64,000 nt of DNA from a virus, in the IMG/VR virus record IMGVR_UViG_3300037840_000148, positions 32,001 to 96,000 of that record, one strand, 5' to 3'. Shown here piece by piece: positions 28,002 to 37,559 of this stretch (position 1 is its first letter; each line of letters starts with the position of its first letter). Under the pieces are notes generated by a model that was not told where the DNA came from, did not search any database, and saw only the letters and a program-made list of their open reading frames with translations. Made by a program: the position numbers and the translations under genes.

Positions 28002-29716
28002 CGACGGCCTCGTTGCGAATCCCGCTGCTCTCTGAACTTCCTGGCGCTTTCAATCCTGTCCTGTCGTTCTTTATCGTTTGATTTCGGTGTAATTCGGCCG
28101 TTATCCAAAACGCGGTCTGCCCAATCCGCGCCGGGGTATATGTTGCTGAGATACGGCGGATGTAAACCGCGAATTTCGTCGAGTTTCTTGCCATTCCGTT
28201 CGATAAATAGCGAACACCCAGCATAGAAATGCGGGAATTCCGGTTCGTTAGCTAGAAACATTGCTGGTTCTTTTGTCAAGGACATTTTCAAATTGTAGCA
28301 AATCCAGCTTGCCGCGCTTTGGTCATGCCTGTGTCCGAGAACATCAGGATTGCTTGATGCTTGAAGTTTTTCGTTTGTCCACGGACCTCGGAAGACGCCA
28401 AGTTTAGCCAACCGCTTATATTCTTCAAAGAATTGAACCGCGGTGGGGTTCAGGAAATTCAAAGCAAAAGCCGTACAGATTACCTGCGGAACCTTCTTCA
28501 TTTCATTCCGCTGACGGTCGATTAGTTTCAAAGCCTCGTCAGAGATCCACTCGTAATTAGTATTAGGTCCGTTAATCGAGATCCAATAACCTTGCTTCTC
28601 GACTAAATTCCAGATTGTTTCAAGACTCCTGACCGCGATAACGGATGAATCCGCCCACAGAATCTTAGTATAGCCTAGCCGCCGGGCTTCCTCGATAGCG
28701 TGGATCTTGAATTCATATGGACTGTCTTCGTGTGTCGGTGAGCCGACCGGCAGGACATCCTTGAACGTCATGATTTTCGCGCCTGGGCTATTGACTTGCA
28801 TCTGATGAACGAACCGGTCGAGGTTATCCGAGAAAGGCTTCCCGATCAGTTCTTCTTCATTCTGTTTCCCTGTATACTCACGTTTTCCTACCGCGACTGT
28901 CACGATTGTTTTATCCGTGCTGAGACTACCCATAAGCTGCCACCTCCGTGGAATCATATCTCTTGAATCTAGATGTTCGACTACAAACCACTTCCGTGGG
29001 GCGCAGACGATCCTGTCAGCTTTATTATCCCCCAAAAATGCCGCCCACCAACCGTAGCTGGAATTCGAAATTACTGCGTGCTGACATTGACTCATTAAGT
29101 GCATATCCCAAAAACGGTCGCCAGTTGAAATTATTTCGCCTTCGATGTTTTCATGGCACCAATCCGGATCATCGCTAAAAATGAAAGGCTTCGCGTGCGG
29201 ATACTTTTGCCTGATACTATTAATACAATTTTGATAATACGCTATCGGCATCAAGCCATGATAATCCTGTAAACTGACATAATCGCCACGACGAACATGG
29301 ACGCCAACTGAATCACTTGTGTTTAGTATTTTATTCAACAATTCGCTGACGTCTTTTTTAGGAAAGTTCTTTGGAACAAACTCCTTTCGAAGCTCATCAG
29401 CGACACACTCAATATACCGTTCGCTTTGCCAATGCCCCGTCAATGTGCAGTTTCGTGGTGGATCGTAGATGTCCGGCCGGAATGTCATATTAGAGTCTGT
29501 GATTTCAGGACCATCAGAGTCACCGAAAACAATCTTCGTCTTGAAGCCGTCAAGGCCGTATTGTGGCTTATTCAAAGCATGCGGCTCATTAGACGCAGGC
29601 AGAAGGTCACGTTTTTTAAATACGACTTCGTAGCCACGTTTTTGTAAACTTCGGCCCATCGCGTATTGAAAAAGTTGGTTCCCGAGACCGCCCATCAGCG
29701 CGATTGCGATTGGCAT
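27998..29716 (-). CDS. alpha-1,2-fucosyltransferase (GT11) fused to a second putative GT-A domain
   Basis: [41 protein letters not shown]; C-half ILWADSS..HRHDQS. Confidence 0.9.
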   Translation of the reverse strand: MPIAIALMGGLGNQLFQYAMGRSLQKRGYEVVFKKRDLLPASNEPHALNKPQYGLDGFKTKIVFGDSDGPEITDSNMTFRPDIYDPPRNCTLTGHWQSERYIECVADELRKEFVPKNFPKKDVSELLNKILNTSDSVGVHVRRGDYVSLQDYHGLMPIAYYQNCINSIRQKYPHAKPFIFSDDPDWCHENIEGEIISTGDRFWDMHLMSQCQHAVISNSSYGWWAAFLGDNKADRIVCAPRKWFVVEHLDSRDMIPRRWQLMGSLSTDKTIVTVAVGKREYTGKQNEEELIGKPFSDNLDRFVHQMQVNSPGAKIMTFKDVLPVGSPTHEDSPYEFKIHAIEEARRLGYTKILWADSSVIAVRSLETIWNLVEKQGYWISINGPNTNYEWISDEALKLIDRQRNEMKKVPQVICTAFALNFLNPTAVQFFEEYKRLAKLGVFRGPWTNEKLQASSNPDVLGHRHDQSAASWICYNLKMSLTKEPAMFLANEPEFPHFYAGCSLFIERNGKKLDEIRGLHPPYLSNIYPGADWADRVLDNGRITPKSNDKERQDRIESARKFREQRDSQRGRR

Positions 29717-30252
29717 TCAATCTCCTTCTTTTCCATCCACTCAAGCACTTTTCTAACTTGTTCAGTCGTTGCTTTTGATTTTATCGCGTTAGCTAAATAT
29801 GATATAACCGAACAATTTTCTTTTGTGTATCCTAACTCTGGTATAAATCTATCCAAACTTGCAGACGTATCAGTTTGTGTAAAATGCGATAAATTAAATG
29901 GTGTACCAAAAACAGGACATTTACCATTTCCGATTAGCTCCAAAAGATCCTCTTTCGTAATACTTATTGGTAAATTCATCTTTTTAGCTCTTTGTTTCGC
30001 AGATGTTAGCATTTGTTGAGCCACAGCAGGAAATCCTATACACATTTTACACTGGTGTCTAATTCGACCGTGCCCGCAAATCTGATGACCGCCACAATCA
30101 GGACATCTTGATTTTCTACGACTATGTATGCAAAACTGATTTCCTGTTCCACATTTACTACATTGAATGGGAACATTTCCGTGTTTACAAAAAGGCCCTA
30201 TATTGCACTCTTTACAACAATTCTTTCTTCTGCCATGTTTACAATTACTCAT
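29695..30252 (-). CDS. HNH-type homing endonuclease with N-terminal Cys/His repeats
   Basis: CxH..CxxC repeats; CPVFG..SLDRFIPELGYTKEN..AN..K; AT-rich. Confidence 0.75.
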   Translation of the reverse strand: MSNCKHGRRKNCCKECNIGPFCKHGNVPIQCSKCGTGNQFCIHSRRKSRCPDCGGHQICGHGRIRHQCKMCIGFPAVAQQMLTSAKQRAKKMNLPISITKEDLLELIGNGKCPVFGTPFNLSHFTQTDTSASLDRFIPELGYTKENCSVISYLANAIKSKATTEQVRKVLEWMEKKEIECQSQSR

Positions 30253-30935
30253 TTATTTTTTAAAAAATCAGGATGAAACCTTCTTATTTTCTCTGTATAC
30301 TCTTCTTTTTTATTCCATCCAACAGATGCAAACTGATTTTCTCTTCTCCTATACCAAAAAAGAGGCTCATTAATAGAAGCCATTTTCCAATTTCTAGCTA
30401 ATATCTCGATCCACAAAAACCAATCTTCCCAACTATCAATATCTGTTCTATAACCTCCTGCCTGCAGAAACGCTTCCCGGTCAATCAAAGACGTCACGGG
30501 GATTTCATTACTCTGCAATTGCTCTTCATACGTTCTGTTCTTAATCGGAATAACGCCGTTTTCAATCCCGAAATACATCATCTCCGTCGAGACAATCCCG
30601 ATTCCGGCAGTCATCAACGGCAAAGTCTTCTTGATGAAGTCCGGACGAATCATGTCGTCGGCATCTAACGGCAGAATGTAATCACCACATGACAAGCTGA
30701 CGGCGTGATTCCTAGCTGCCGCAGGTCCGGCATTTTTCTGCCGAACGAGCTTAATCAAATTTCCTTCATTGATAAATTTCTCGACGGTCGCGTAACTCGT
30801 ATCCGTCGAGCCATCATCCACGACAATTATCTCCCGTTTGACACCCTCGACTGGGTGTTGATTGATAGCCGAAAATACACTGCTTTCAATCGTCGCGGCG
30901 GCATTAAACATCGGGATAATTATGCTGACAATCAT
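30249..30935 (-). CDS. Glycosyltransferase family 2
   Basis: VSIIIPMFN, VVDDGSTD, NAGPAAARN, LDADD, EDW. Confidence 0.92.
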   Translation of the reverse strand: MIVSIIIPMFNAAATIESSVFSAINQHPVEGVKREIIVVDDGSTDTSYATVEKFINEGNLIKLVRQKNAGPAAARNHAVSLSCGDYILPLDADDMIRPDFIKKTLPLMTAGIGIVSTEMMYFGIENGVIPIKNRTYEEQLQSNEIPVTSLIDREAFLQAGGYRTDIDSWEDWFLWIEILARNWKMASINEPLFWYRRRENQFASVGWNKKEEYTEKIRRFHPDFLKNK

Positions 30936-30938
30936 AAT

Positions 30939-31085
30939 TTACTCAAACTTAAACGGCCAAAATTTTAAACGTTCCCATATAGACATCACTATATAGATAA
31001 TTGCTATCCCAAGAGCCATACCCATAAAAGCTATAAAATACCCAACTATAGCGGCATAAAGAACCATCATTACGAATGTCTTCAT
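30939..31085 (-). CDS. 48-aa hydrophobic membrane peptide
   Basis: MKTFVMMVLYAAIVGYFIAFMGMALGIAIIYIVMSIWERLKFWPFKFE; ATGA coupling. Confidence 0.5.
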   Translation of the reverse strand: MKTFVMMVLYAAIVGYFIAFMGMALGIAIIYIVMSIWERLKFWPFKFE

Positions 31086-31777
31086 TTCTGAAAGCCCTTT
31101 TCACGCGCAACTAAAATTGGCTGATACTTCGCTCGGACTGAATCGTACCCCGGTCCTGCTGTTGGCTCTGGATAACAATACGCCGGTGTCAGGATTTTCG
31201 CGGGCGGGTTATAGTGTAAATAGTGGTTCAAGTGACTTTCATCATTATGGATTGCGATACAACCCCACTCTAGATCTTTATCGATGTTGTCTCGTAACGT
31301 TCTAGCCATTTTGAGATACGCTTGGGCATTACCACCATTAAAGCCGCCGCAGAAATAATACTTATTGCCTACAAGATAGGCGGTCGATTGCGGTCTTGTG
31401 CTTTCAGGAACTCCCGGGCCACCTTCCGGATAGCCGGGATGTAACGTCGCCGTGATGCCTTGACTGTAAATATTTCCGACTGGCGCGACGAATTCCATAT
31501 CAGCATCGACCCAGAAGATTTGATCATACGTTTCTAATTCTTTTTCAAGTATCAACATCGTATGATACCTGAAAAGCGTTTCTTTCGGGAAGCCTTTCGG
31601 TTCGATAATTACCATTTGTTTTATAATATCAGCAGGATAAGAATCAATAAAACAATCACTAAAAAGGAAAACATCTATCCCCTCCGGATAAAAGAATTTT
31701 TTGGCAGACCTGATCATCGTTTTAGCGAAAGGCCAGTACTGTTCGCCTGTCGCGATACAAATCAAGGCTATTTTCAT
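31082..31777 (-). CDS. Glycosyltransferase family 6 (ABO-like alpha-1,3-GalNAc/Gal transferase)
   Basis: IATGEQY, FSD, DAD, TLHPGY, YFCGGFNGG, NDESHLN, KILTPAY. Confidence 0.9.
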   Translation of the reverse strand: MKIALICIATGEQYWPFAKTMIRSAKKFFYPEGIDVFLFSDCFIDSYPADIIKQMVIIEPKGFPKETLFRYHTMLILEKELETYDQIFWVDADMEFVAPVGNIYSQGITATLHPGYPEGGPGVPESTRPQSTAYLVGNKYYFCGGFNGGNAQAYLKMARTLRDNIDKDLEWGCIAIHNDESHLNHYLHYNPPAKILTPAYCYPEPTAGPGYDSVRAKYQPILVAREKGFQK

Positions 31778-32601
31778 CTTCGGTTCTTCCGTTGCTCTTT
31801 AAACTTCCTACCCGATTCCATTCTAGCACGAGCCTCGTCGTTTGTCAACATCTTTAATTTCGGTTGCTTACTGAGCATCTTCATGACGTCGTATTCTTCG
31901 CTAGCGACTTCTTCGTACCACGGCTCAGGACGGCCGTGACGGTAAATTTCACGGATCATCTCAGGGAAAAATTTATGTTCGAAAACTGCAAACCGCTTGA
32001 CGTGCCATGAAGCGTTGCACTCTAAATCCGGAAGATCTATAGCATGAATCACTTTAGCTCGAATAAACGGCCCGAGTACCTGTCCGACGCCAAGGTCTTC
32101 TGCCCATCCTTGAACTCCCTTCGCGGCGATAATGTTTGCTGCGTGTCTAGAAATCCAATACCCGACCCCCCCAGACGCCCAGGGCTCGCAACGCTCATGA
32201 AGTATCTCGTGACAATCCCGGTAAGTAAAAATCGAGCCTATCGGCGGATCGAGTCCAAACATCCCGGCGTAATCATATTCACGGAATGACGTCCCTAACA
32301 AAGCGTGCGGAATAATGAAAGTATCGTTATCACATAAAAACGTGAAATCATATCCGTTCTGGACTGACCACTCAGCAATCTTGGTCGTTTTGGCAGGCAG
32401 GTCGTCATAGCCGTCTTTGCAGTCCAGTTGAGTTTCGTCCTGCTGGTAGCCGCCGAAACCTGACTGGTGTTCACCACACCCAGTGAAGAAACGAACGTCC
32501 GCTTTACCAGCGAAATCTTTCCCCCACGTAGCGCGTATCGCCTCATGGAAGCCAAGATCTAGATCGCGGCAGCACGTCTTAAGAGCTATGAGTATTTTCA
32601 T
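31774..32601 (-). CDS. GT31-like (beta-1,3-galactosyltransferase/Fringe) glycosyltransferase
   Basis: AIRATWG, DGYDDLPAKT, CDNDTF, SGGVGYWIS, EDLGVG. Confidence 0.8.
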   Translation of the reverse strand: MKILIALKTCCRDLDLGFHEAIRATWGKDFAGKADVRFFTGCGEHQSGFGGYQQDETQLDCKDGYDDLPAKTTKIAEWSVQNGYDFTFLCDNDTFIIPHALLGTSFREYDYAGMFGLDPPIGSIFTYRDCHEILHERCEPWASGGVGYWISRHAANIIAAKGVQGWAEDLGVGQVLGPFIRAKVIHAIDLPDLECNASWHVKRFAVFEHKFFPEMIREIYRHGRPEPWYEEVASEEYDVMKMLSKQPKLKMLTNDEARARMESGRKFKEQRKNRR

Positions 32602-32842
32602 CTTCTTTAATCCACAGGACTAATCGATCATAGTGTTCTTGACACAAAAACGAATTATGATTAGCAAAATGCCAAATCTTTACAGCCTCTCGACGGCAGG
32701 CCGTAGCCCAAGTTTTAGACCATTTAAAGGCTCCAATAAAATCACCTTTTTCATCTATTTTAACGAATTCACAAAGTCTTCCTATCATCTTGTTCTCTTT
32801 GACTCTATAATCATAGCCAAAACCCGACCGATTTGACAACAT
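32579..32842 (-). CDS. Hypothetical protein (probable start MIGRLC)
   Basis: Fills gap; LCQEH. Confidence 0.45.
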   Translation of the reverse strand: MLSNRSGFGYDYRVKENKMIGRLCEFVKIDEKGDFIGAFKWSKTWATACRREAVKIWHFANHNSFLCQEHYDRLVLWIKEDENTHSS

Positions 32843-32922
32843 TCTTGCAAATTTTTAGCATTAAGACACCGCTCGCAAGCCCTAACGTGGTTATTCAAAC
32901 TCTCCTGATCTTTGTCCATTAC

Positions 32923-33882
32923 TTATTTCCAAATTTGACTTACTATCGCATCCAATTTTGCGTTTATTTCAGTTTGTTCTTTAGCGTAATCTCGGCGTCC
33001 AAGAATGGTATCAATCATTTTTCGCGCTTCATCAAGCGGCAGCCTTAGTCCAGCGGCATGTTGGTGCCCGCCGCCGAGAAACTTCTTAGCAATTTCACTG
33101 ACGTCGATATCACCAATCGACCGAAGACTAAATTGTACTTGCCCATCATGTCTCTCGAAGTATGTCAACGAGACGTCGGCGTTCTGTGCCAAAGTATTCC
33201 CGACTTCGCTGCAGTTGACATACGGGCACCCGACGACAAGCGTTGTATACGGTCGGTTATTAACCCACCAGACGCCTTTCTGGGCTTCGGCTGCGACTTC
33301 ACGGACGTATATGTCGATGTATCTCAAGACTGGAATTCCGAATTGCTCGGCTTGTTCGACTTTGATTTTATCAAGATAGTCCCATTCTTCGATTGTGAAT
33401 TTCAACGTCGAAATATAAGCGTTGACAGCTTTTGAGTTCGGTAATGCCCAATTCCATAAATCCCTATCCTCAACATAACTGACATACCACGGTCGTGTTT
33501 GATAAACGAACGGTTTCCCGATTTTTTCACCTTCCCAAATTATTGGTCTGTCTTTTCCAAATAAATAATCCCACGCCAGACCTGCGCCGCTTCGTTTCAT
33601 GTCAAACGTCACGAATGGCAAGCCCTCCAGCCGCTCCTGTGCAGTCCTGTGATGATCGTATATATGAAAACTCTTCGCGAGATCATGTAATTTGATGTTG
33701 TCTTCCCTGACCGGCCAACTGAAATCCAAAACTAATACATCGCGCCCTTTAACCACGTCAAACGGGACGGGCGAGCCGTGGTCTAACGGCATGATTTCAG
33801 CGTCTGGATAACGTTTCTTAGCAATAAAGGCAGCGCACCAACCATCAGGACATTTTGCGTGTGTGATGATAAAATTTATCAT
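32923..33882 (-). CDS. DHH/DHHA1 phosphoesterase
   Basis: H..CPDG, LDFS, DHH, SGA.L.W, EDRDLW, SLRS, GGGHQHAAG. Confidence 0.92.
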   Translation of the reverse strand: MINFIITHAKCPDGWCAAFIAKKRYPDAEIMPLDHGSPVPFDVVKGRDVLVLDFSWPVREDNIKLHDLAKSFHIYDHHRTAQERLEGLPFVTFDMKRSGAGLAWDYLFGKDRPIIWEGEKIGKPFVYQTRPWYVSYVEDRDLWNWALPNSKAVNAYISTLKFTIEEWDYLDKIKVEQAEQFGIPVLRYIDIYVREVAAEAQKGVWWVNNRPYTTLVVGCPYVNCSEVGNTLAQNADVSLTYFERHDGQVQFSLRSIGDIDVSEIAKKFLGGGHQHAAGLRLPLDEARKMIDTILGRRDYAKEQTEINAKLDAIVSQIWK

Positions 33883-34568
33883 TAGTGTTTCCTTTGATTT
33901 AATCTTTGTTCATGTGCTGTTGCCCATTGAACATTTCCAGACTCATAATGCCCGTCATTTTTGATTCTATCTAATGAGTGTTTAGGGCTGGGTTTAGGCC
34001 CTAATTCAGATAAAAATTGTTCAAAATTCGTAAATAAAAATTTAATGCCCCTACCACCGTAATCTTTCCATCTAGGATTAGTTTCATAAGTACAGCGGTG
34101 TTTTGCATCTTTATAAGCACTCCATTCAGGTGTGCCGGACATCCCATGTTTTACAATAGCTGGATTATCAGAAATATTTCTTAATGTTATTGTGTCTTTT
34201 CTTAAACAACTACAACTTTTTGTTAAACCTTTTGTTAAAGAAGTGCCTATCACAATGGTTTCTTTTCCACATTTGCACTCGCATAACCAATAAATACGTT
34301 GCTTACCGGATCTTCTAATTTGATTTTTTACCGTTAATCGCCCAAATACTTTATTATTTAAATTAGCTACTTCGTTTTTTAAACATCCGCAACTTTGAAT
34401 TTTACCGTTTAAAAGTTTACTAGCTAATACAACTTTTTTGTTTCCACAATCACATAAACAAAGCCACCCGCATCTTGATTCAGTTGAGGTAATTATTCTC
34501 ACGTCGCTTTTTTCAATAACCACCAATCGTCCAGAACGGAAACCTTTAATTAATTCAAGTTTCTTCAT
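33882..34568 (-). CDS. HNH homing endonuclease
   Basis: Two GRL.V..WLC.C.CG..SC.C repeats; YGGRGI; SLDRIKNDGHYESGN. Confidence 0.88.
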   Translation of the reverse strand: MKKLELIKGFRSGRLVVIEKSDVRIITSTESRCGWLCLCDCGNKKVVLASKLLNGKIQSCGCLKNEVANLNNKVFGRLTVKNQIRRSGKQRIYWLCECKCGKETIVIGTSLTKGLTKSCSCLRKDTITLRNISDNPAIVKHGMSGTPEWSAYKDAKHRCTYETNPRWKDYGGRGIKFLFTNFEQFLSELGPKPSPKHSLDRIKNDGHYESGNVQWATAHEQRLNQRKH

Positions 34569-35352
34569 AGTCTATCCTACCATCTCCAAGAACGTATTTT
34601 TTAATTTTTCTTTTTATAAAACATGGGCGCTGCGGATCTTGCGCCCGACGCCGATAAAGATTATATCTAGGACTATTTCTAATTTTTTGTTCATTTATAC
34701 CAACTCCCGAAACATAAACTGTTTTTAAGCCTGATTTTTTGCAGTCAAGGAAGAATGCGGCGTGCTCGGCCCCACCTATCTTAGGTTCAGGCACGTCCCA
34801 ACGTATTCCAGCCGCGTTTAAATGATCCATTCTAATCAACGAATAATTGACTGTTAAATCGCAATAAACAAATGGCGATTGCCAATACTCTTCCGCCGAC
34901 AACGGACGTTCATACCATTCGCCGGGCTGTCTTTCAATAAGATGAAATTCATACGGGCTATTATTGACTCGACCACTAGCGATACTAACTGGCGGATATT
35001 CTTCAAGAACCCGTTCGAGCCTTTTGATTCCTTGTCGAACTTCAGTAGGTGCGAAATCAAAATCGTCTGCACCAATCAATAAAAATTTTCTTTTAGTCCT
35101 TTCGACAATTGAGTTGCTCATGACCCCAAATCCACTATCGAAAGGCAAATCAATGTGGATGTGTCCGTCGCGCTCTAACCCCGCGTAATACGAGTCTTTT
35201 TCCTCCGTCATGTCGCCGCAATCCGCGATAATCATCTGCGCTCCGGGCAAATTAGTCCTGATGGCGTGCAGCGTATTAAACAACTGCTCGTCTCTTAAAA
35301 ACGTCTTGATGCCGATACTGAGATTTTCAAACATCAATCTATTTTCCGCCAA
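34555..35352 (-). CDS. GT-A glycosyltransferase, B4GALNT (GT12)-like
   Basis: IKTFLR..IIAD..LPFDSG..DDFDF..D.TVNY..EH..FFLD parallels B4GALNT TKTFLR..IAD..MPFGKG..DDDFVF..D..VNF..H..FFLD. Confidence 0.75.
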   Translation of the reverse strand: MAENRLMFENLSIGIKTFLRDEQLFNTLHAIRTNLPGAQMIIADCGDMTEEKDSYYAGLERDGHIHIDLPFDSGFGVMSNSIVERTKRKFLLIGADDFDFAPTEVRQGIKRLERVLEEYPPVSIASGRVNNSPYEFHLIERQPGEWYERPLSAEEYWQSPFVYCDLTVNYSLIRMDHLNAAGIRWDVPEPKIGGAEHAAFFLDCKKSGLKTVYVSGVGINEQKIRNSPRYNLYRRRAQDPQRPCFIKRKIKKYVLGDGRIDYEET

Positions 35353-35549
35353 CCTTGGAGGTTCAAAGAGATAGCTTCTAATTTTTGCTCCAAAGTGAAG
35401 ATCTCCCGCGTCCTAGCGATATACGCCTGCTCGATGGCTTTAAGATATACCAAAAGCTCCTCGGTGTTGATTTCGCCTTCCGCGCCTAATTTTTCAAGAA
35501 AGCCTTCCAACTTTCCGATGCAGAAACCTACTGTAGGATTATTTTCCAT
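35334..35549 (-). CDS. Hypothetical protein
   Basis: 71 aa coupled ORF. Confidence 0.55.
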   Translation of the reverse strand: MENNPTVGFCIGKLEGFLEKLGAEGEINTEELLVYLKAIEQAYIARTREIFTLEQKLEAISLNLQGWRKID

Positions 35550-35952
35550 TATTTTCTACCTTTTGGATATGATGAATAAATTCGGAACCGCCTCGTTTCC
35601 ACCCTGCGGCATCTTCAAAAGCCTTAAAAATTTCCTTGACATTAAACTGATATCCGGCCTTGTTAGCCTCTCCCACAAATGATTTGTTATTTAGAAGTTT
35701 AAAAATCATAGGAATAGATTTCAAGATCTCTTTATTTGCAGCGGTTTCAAAAGTTTCTGGGGCATATTTCATCGCTCGATATTCTGTCATTATTCCACGT
35801 ACCAAATCTCTGAACCGGTTGCGCCAACTGTTATTTTCACGACGGGCGACTTCTTTTGCAAATTTTTCACTTTTAAAAGCTTCCGTAGTAGGTTTCCAAC
35901 CATCGTTAAGAAGCTTCTGTTCATTATACTCTATAACCCATAATTCGCTCAT
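35539..35952 (-). CDS. Hypothetical protein
   Basis: 137 aa; SD AGGAG. Confidence 0.6.
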   Translation of the reverse strand: MSELWVIEYNEQKLLNDGWKPTTEAFKSEKFAKEVARRENNSWRNRFRDLVRGIMTEYRAMKYAPETFETAANKEILKSIPMIFKLLNNKSFVGEANKAGYQFNVKEIFKAFEDAAGWKRGGSEFIHHIQKVENNGK

Positions 35953-36452
35953 TATCGACTCCTATTAATCCTTCTAGATTTCTTTTGCTGTTTCTGTTTC
36001 GCTCGACTCTTTGTGTGACTCTTCCTACGGAGTATCTGCAGAGCTTCACCTCGGGCTGCCTGCATCGCTTTCTCGGCGTCTGCGATTTGCTTCGGGTAAT
36101 ACTTGTCAAAGATGTCTTGTGTCAACTGGACAAGTTGCAGCATCCTTGCTGAGTGGTGACTTTTAATTCTTTTCTTAGCGAACGCCTGAGCGCCGTAGAT
36201 CCCTTTTCTAGTATTGTGTGGCGCTGGTGTGACAATCCGCTGCTCACACTCATGACTCGACCGGTGCCTTAAACCGCAGACTTTACAATTAATCATCTTG
36301 CCTAATTCGACATTCCGGCCTGCAAAACTCCGCTCAGTAAACTCTTCCCGAAATTTTTTGATGGCTTCCGCAACGTCAACTTGCGGATTTTCATCATTCA
36401 CAATTTCTTTAACTTCGTCCTTAACTTCGTCCATCTTCCCTCTTTTCATCAT
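35952..36452 (-). CDS. Hypothetical basic protein with zinc finger
   Basis: CKVC..H..C; Arg/Lys tail. Confidence 0.6.
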   Translation of the reverse strand: MMKRGKMDEVKDEVKEIVNDENPQVDVAEAIKKFREEFTERSFAGRNVELGKMINCKVCGLRHRSSHECEQRIVTPAPHNTRKGIYGAQAFAKKRIKSHHSARMLQLVQLTQDIFDKYYPKQIADAEKAMQAARGEALQILRRKSHTKSRAKQKQQKKSRRINRSR

Positions 36453-37077
36453 CGGTCATTTTAAAACCTTCCGCGATTCTCTTCCCGACGCCGCCTTGAT
36501 TTGTCCGCTCGTCTGCGATTCTAGCGAATGGCGTCCTGCCCCAATCAAAGTTCCTGCCTGCCCCTGTTGTTGGGTCGTCCGGCGGTTCAGGCTTGATGCC
36601 CATTTCAATCCTAGCTTCCAGAATCATCAAGCCGTAAGCTTCAATCCGTTCTATCTCGTCTTTATTGCCATCGACATAAGCCCGTTCGATATGACTTTTT
36701 TCTACCGTCGCTACCCGTGGCGTTTTCAGTGCCAGAACCGACCGGTATGTCGTCTTGCCATCTTTGCCTTCCGAGCCGACCGAGACTAAAACGATATCGT
36801 CGCCGTGTTTCCGGATTGGATACGTCTTCTCGACTTCCCCGGTTTTACCACAGTGCTGGCAATTCTTCTTTGCCGCGGTATTTAAACACATCGGGCAAGG
36901 TTCTTTACCCGTCAGGTACTTCGTACTCAAAACAATCCATTGTGCTAAACCACGTTCGACTAATTTCGTGGCTTCTAGTAACGGAACCTTTTTACGGCAC
37001 CGGCACGTTCTGGGTTTACTTTCGTTAAGGTGCTGGCTGAAACAATAATGGACCCGGGACAACTTGATGACAGGCAT
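36421..37077 (-). CDS. Hypothetical protein with DnaJ-like zinc finger
   Basis: CPMC..CQHCGKTG; SD AGGAG. Confidence 0.65.
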   Translation of the reverse strand: MPVIKLSRVHYCFSQHLNESKPRTCRCRKKVPLLEATKLVERGLAQWIVLSTKYLTGKEPCPMCLNTAAKKNCQHCGKTGEVEKTYPIRKHGDDIVLVSVGSEGKDGKTTYRSVLALKTPRVATVEKSHIERAYVDGNKDEIERIEAYGLMILEARIEMGIKPEPPDDPTTGAGRNFDWGRTPFARIADERTNQGGVGKRIAEGFKMTDDEKREDGRS

Positions 37078-37136
37078 AAACTCCTAATAGTACTAAATTA
37101 CTGAAAATAATAACTTTAAAAGTGGGCATTTCTTCC

Positions 37137-37168
37137 TCCCAAGGTAGACGGGAGTGCCACACCATTTT
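37137..37168 (-). promoter_or_regulatory. Phage-specific motif, copy 1
   Basis: AAAATGGTGTGGCA-CTCCCGTC-TAC-CT-TGGGA. Confidence 0.65.
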
Positions 37169-37559
37169 ATACCTTGCTAGGCCGTCCACGGCGGCGCAGG
37201 CCGCGTTGTTTCCGGCCGTTAGCCTGTCGACCCCTAGAAACGAGATTAATGCTCCATATCAAGCCCCTAGACGCCGACAGGGTGATTTCTAGTTCCTCGG
37301 CTACCTGCCGATAGGTATATCCTAACCGGAAGTACAAATGAATGACCCGAGCCCACTTAGCCGCCCTAGCCCGCTGCTTCACGTCCGTCTGGAGTTTCGG
37401 GAACAAGTCAAGCAGGATTGCCTTGATTTTCCGGTTATCTCTAGTCCAATCCGGGATAGGCCGTTTTCGTTGATGACGGAGGTTCCCGATTCGAGAACCG
37501 GTCATAAACCCGTCGTTGCCGTCTAGGATTTTCCTAAGCTGTTGGAAGTCTCTGTTCAT
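37167..37559 (-). CDS. Sigma-70 region-4-like HTH protein (candidate activator)
   Basis: VIHLYFRLGYTYRQVAEELEIT; RRRGRP tail. Confidence 0.65.
   Translation of the reverse strand: MNRDFQQLRKILDGNDGFMTGSRIGNLRHQRKRPIPDWTRDNRKIKAILLDLFPKLQTDVKQRARAAKWARVIHLYFRLGYTYRQVAEELEITLSASRGLIWSINLVSRGRQANGRKQRGLRRRGRPSKV

Noticed and set aside
29695-30252. Group I intron
   Set aside because: Flanking GT genes are each complete; the endonuclease is free-standing
26129-35352. Bacterial O-antigen or capsule locus (host DNA or chimera)
   Set aside because: No wzx, wzy, wzz or priming transferase; interleaved with phage HNH genes and continuous with phage operons
37137-37168. Motif as a sigma54 promoter (TGGCA)
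   Set aside because: No TTGC at -12 in any copy
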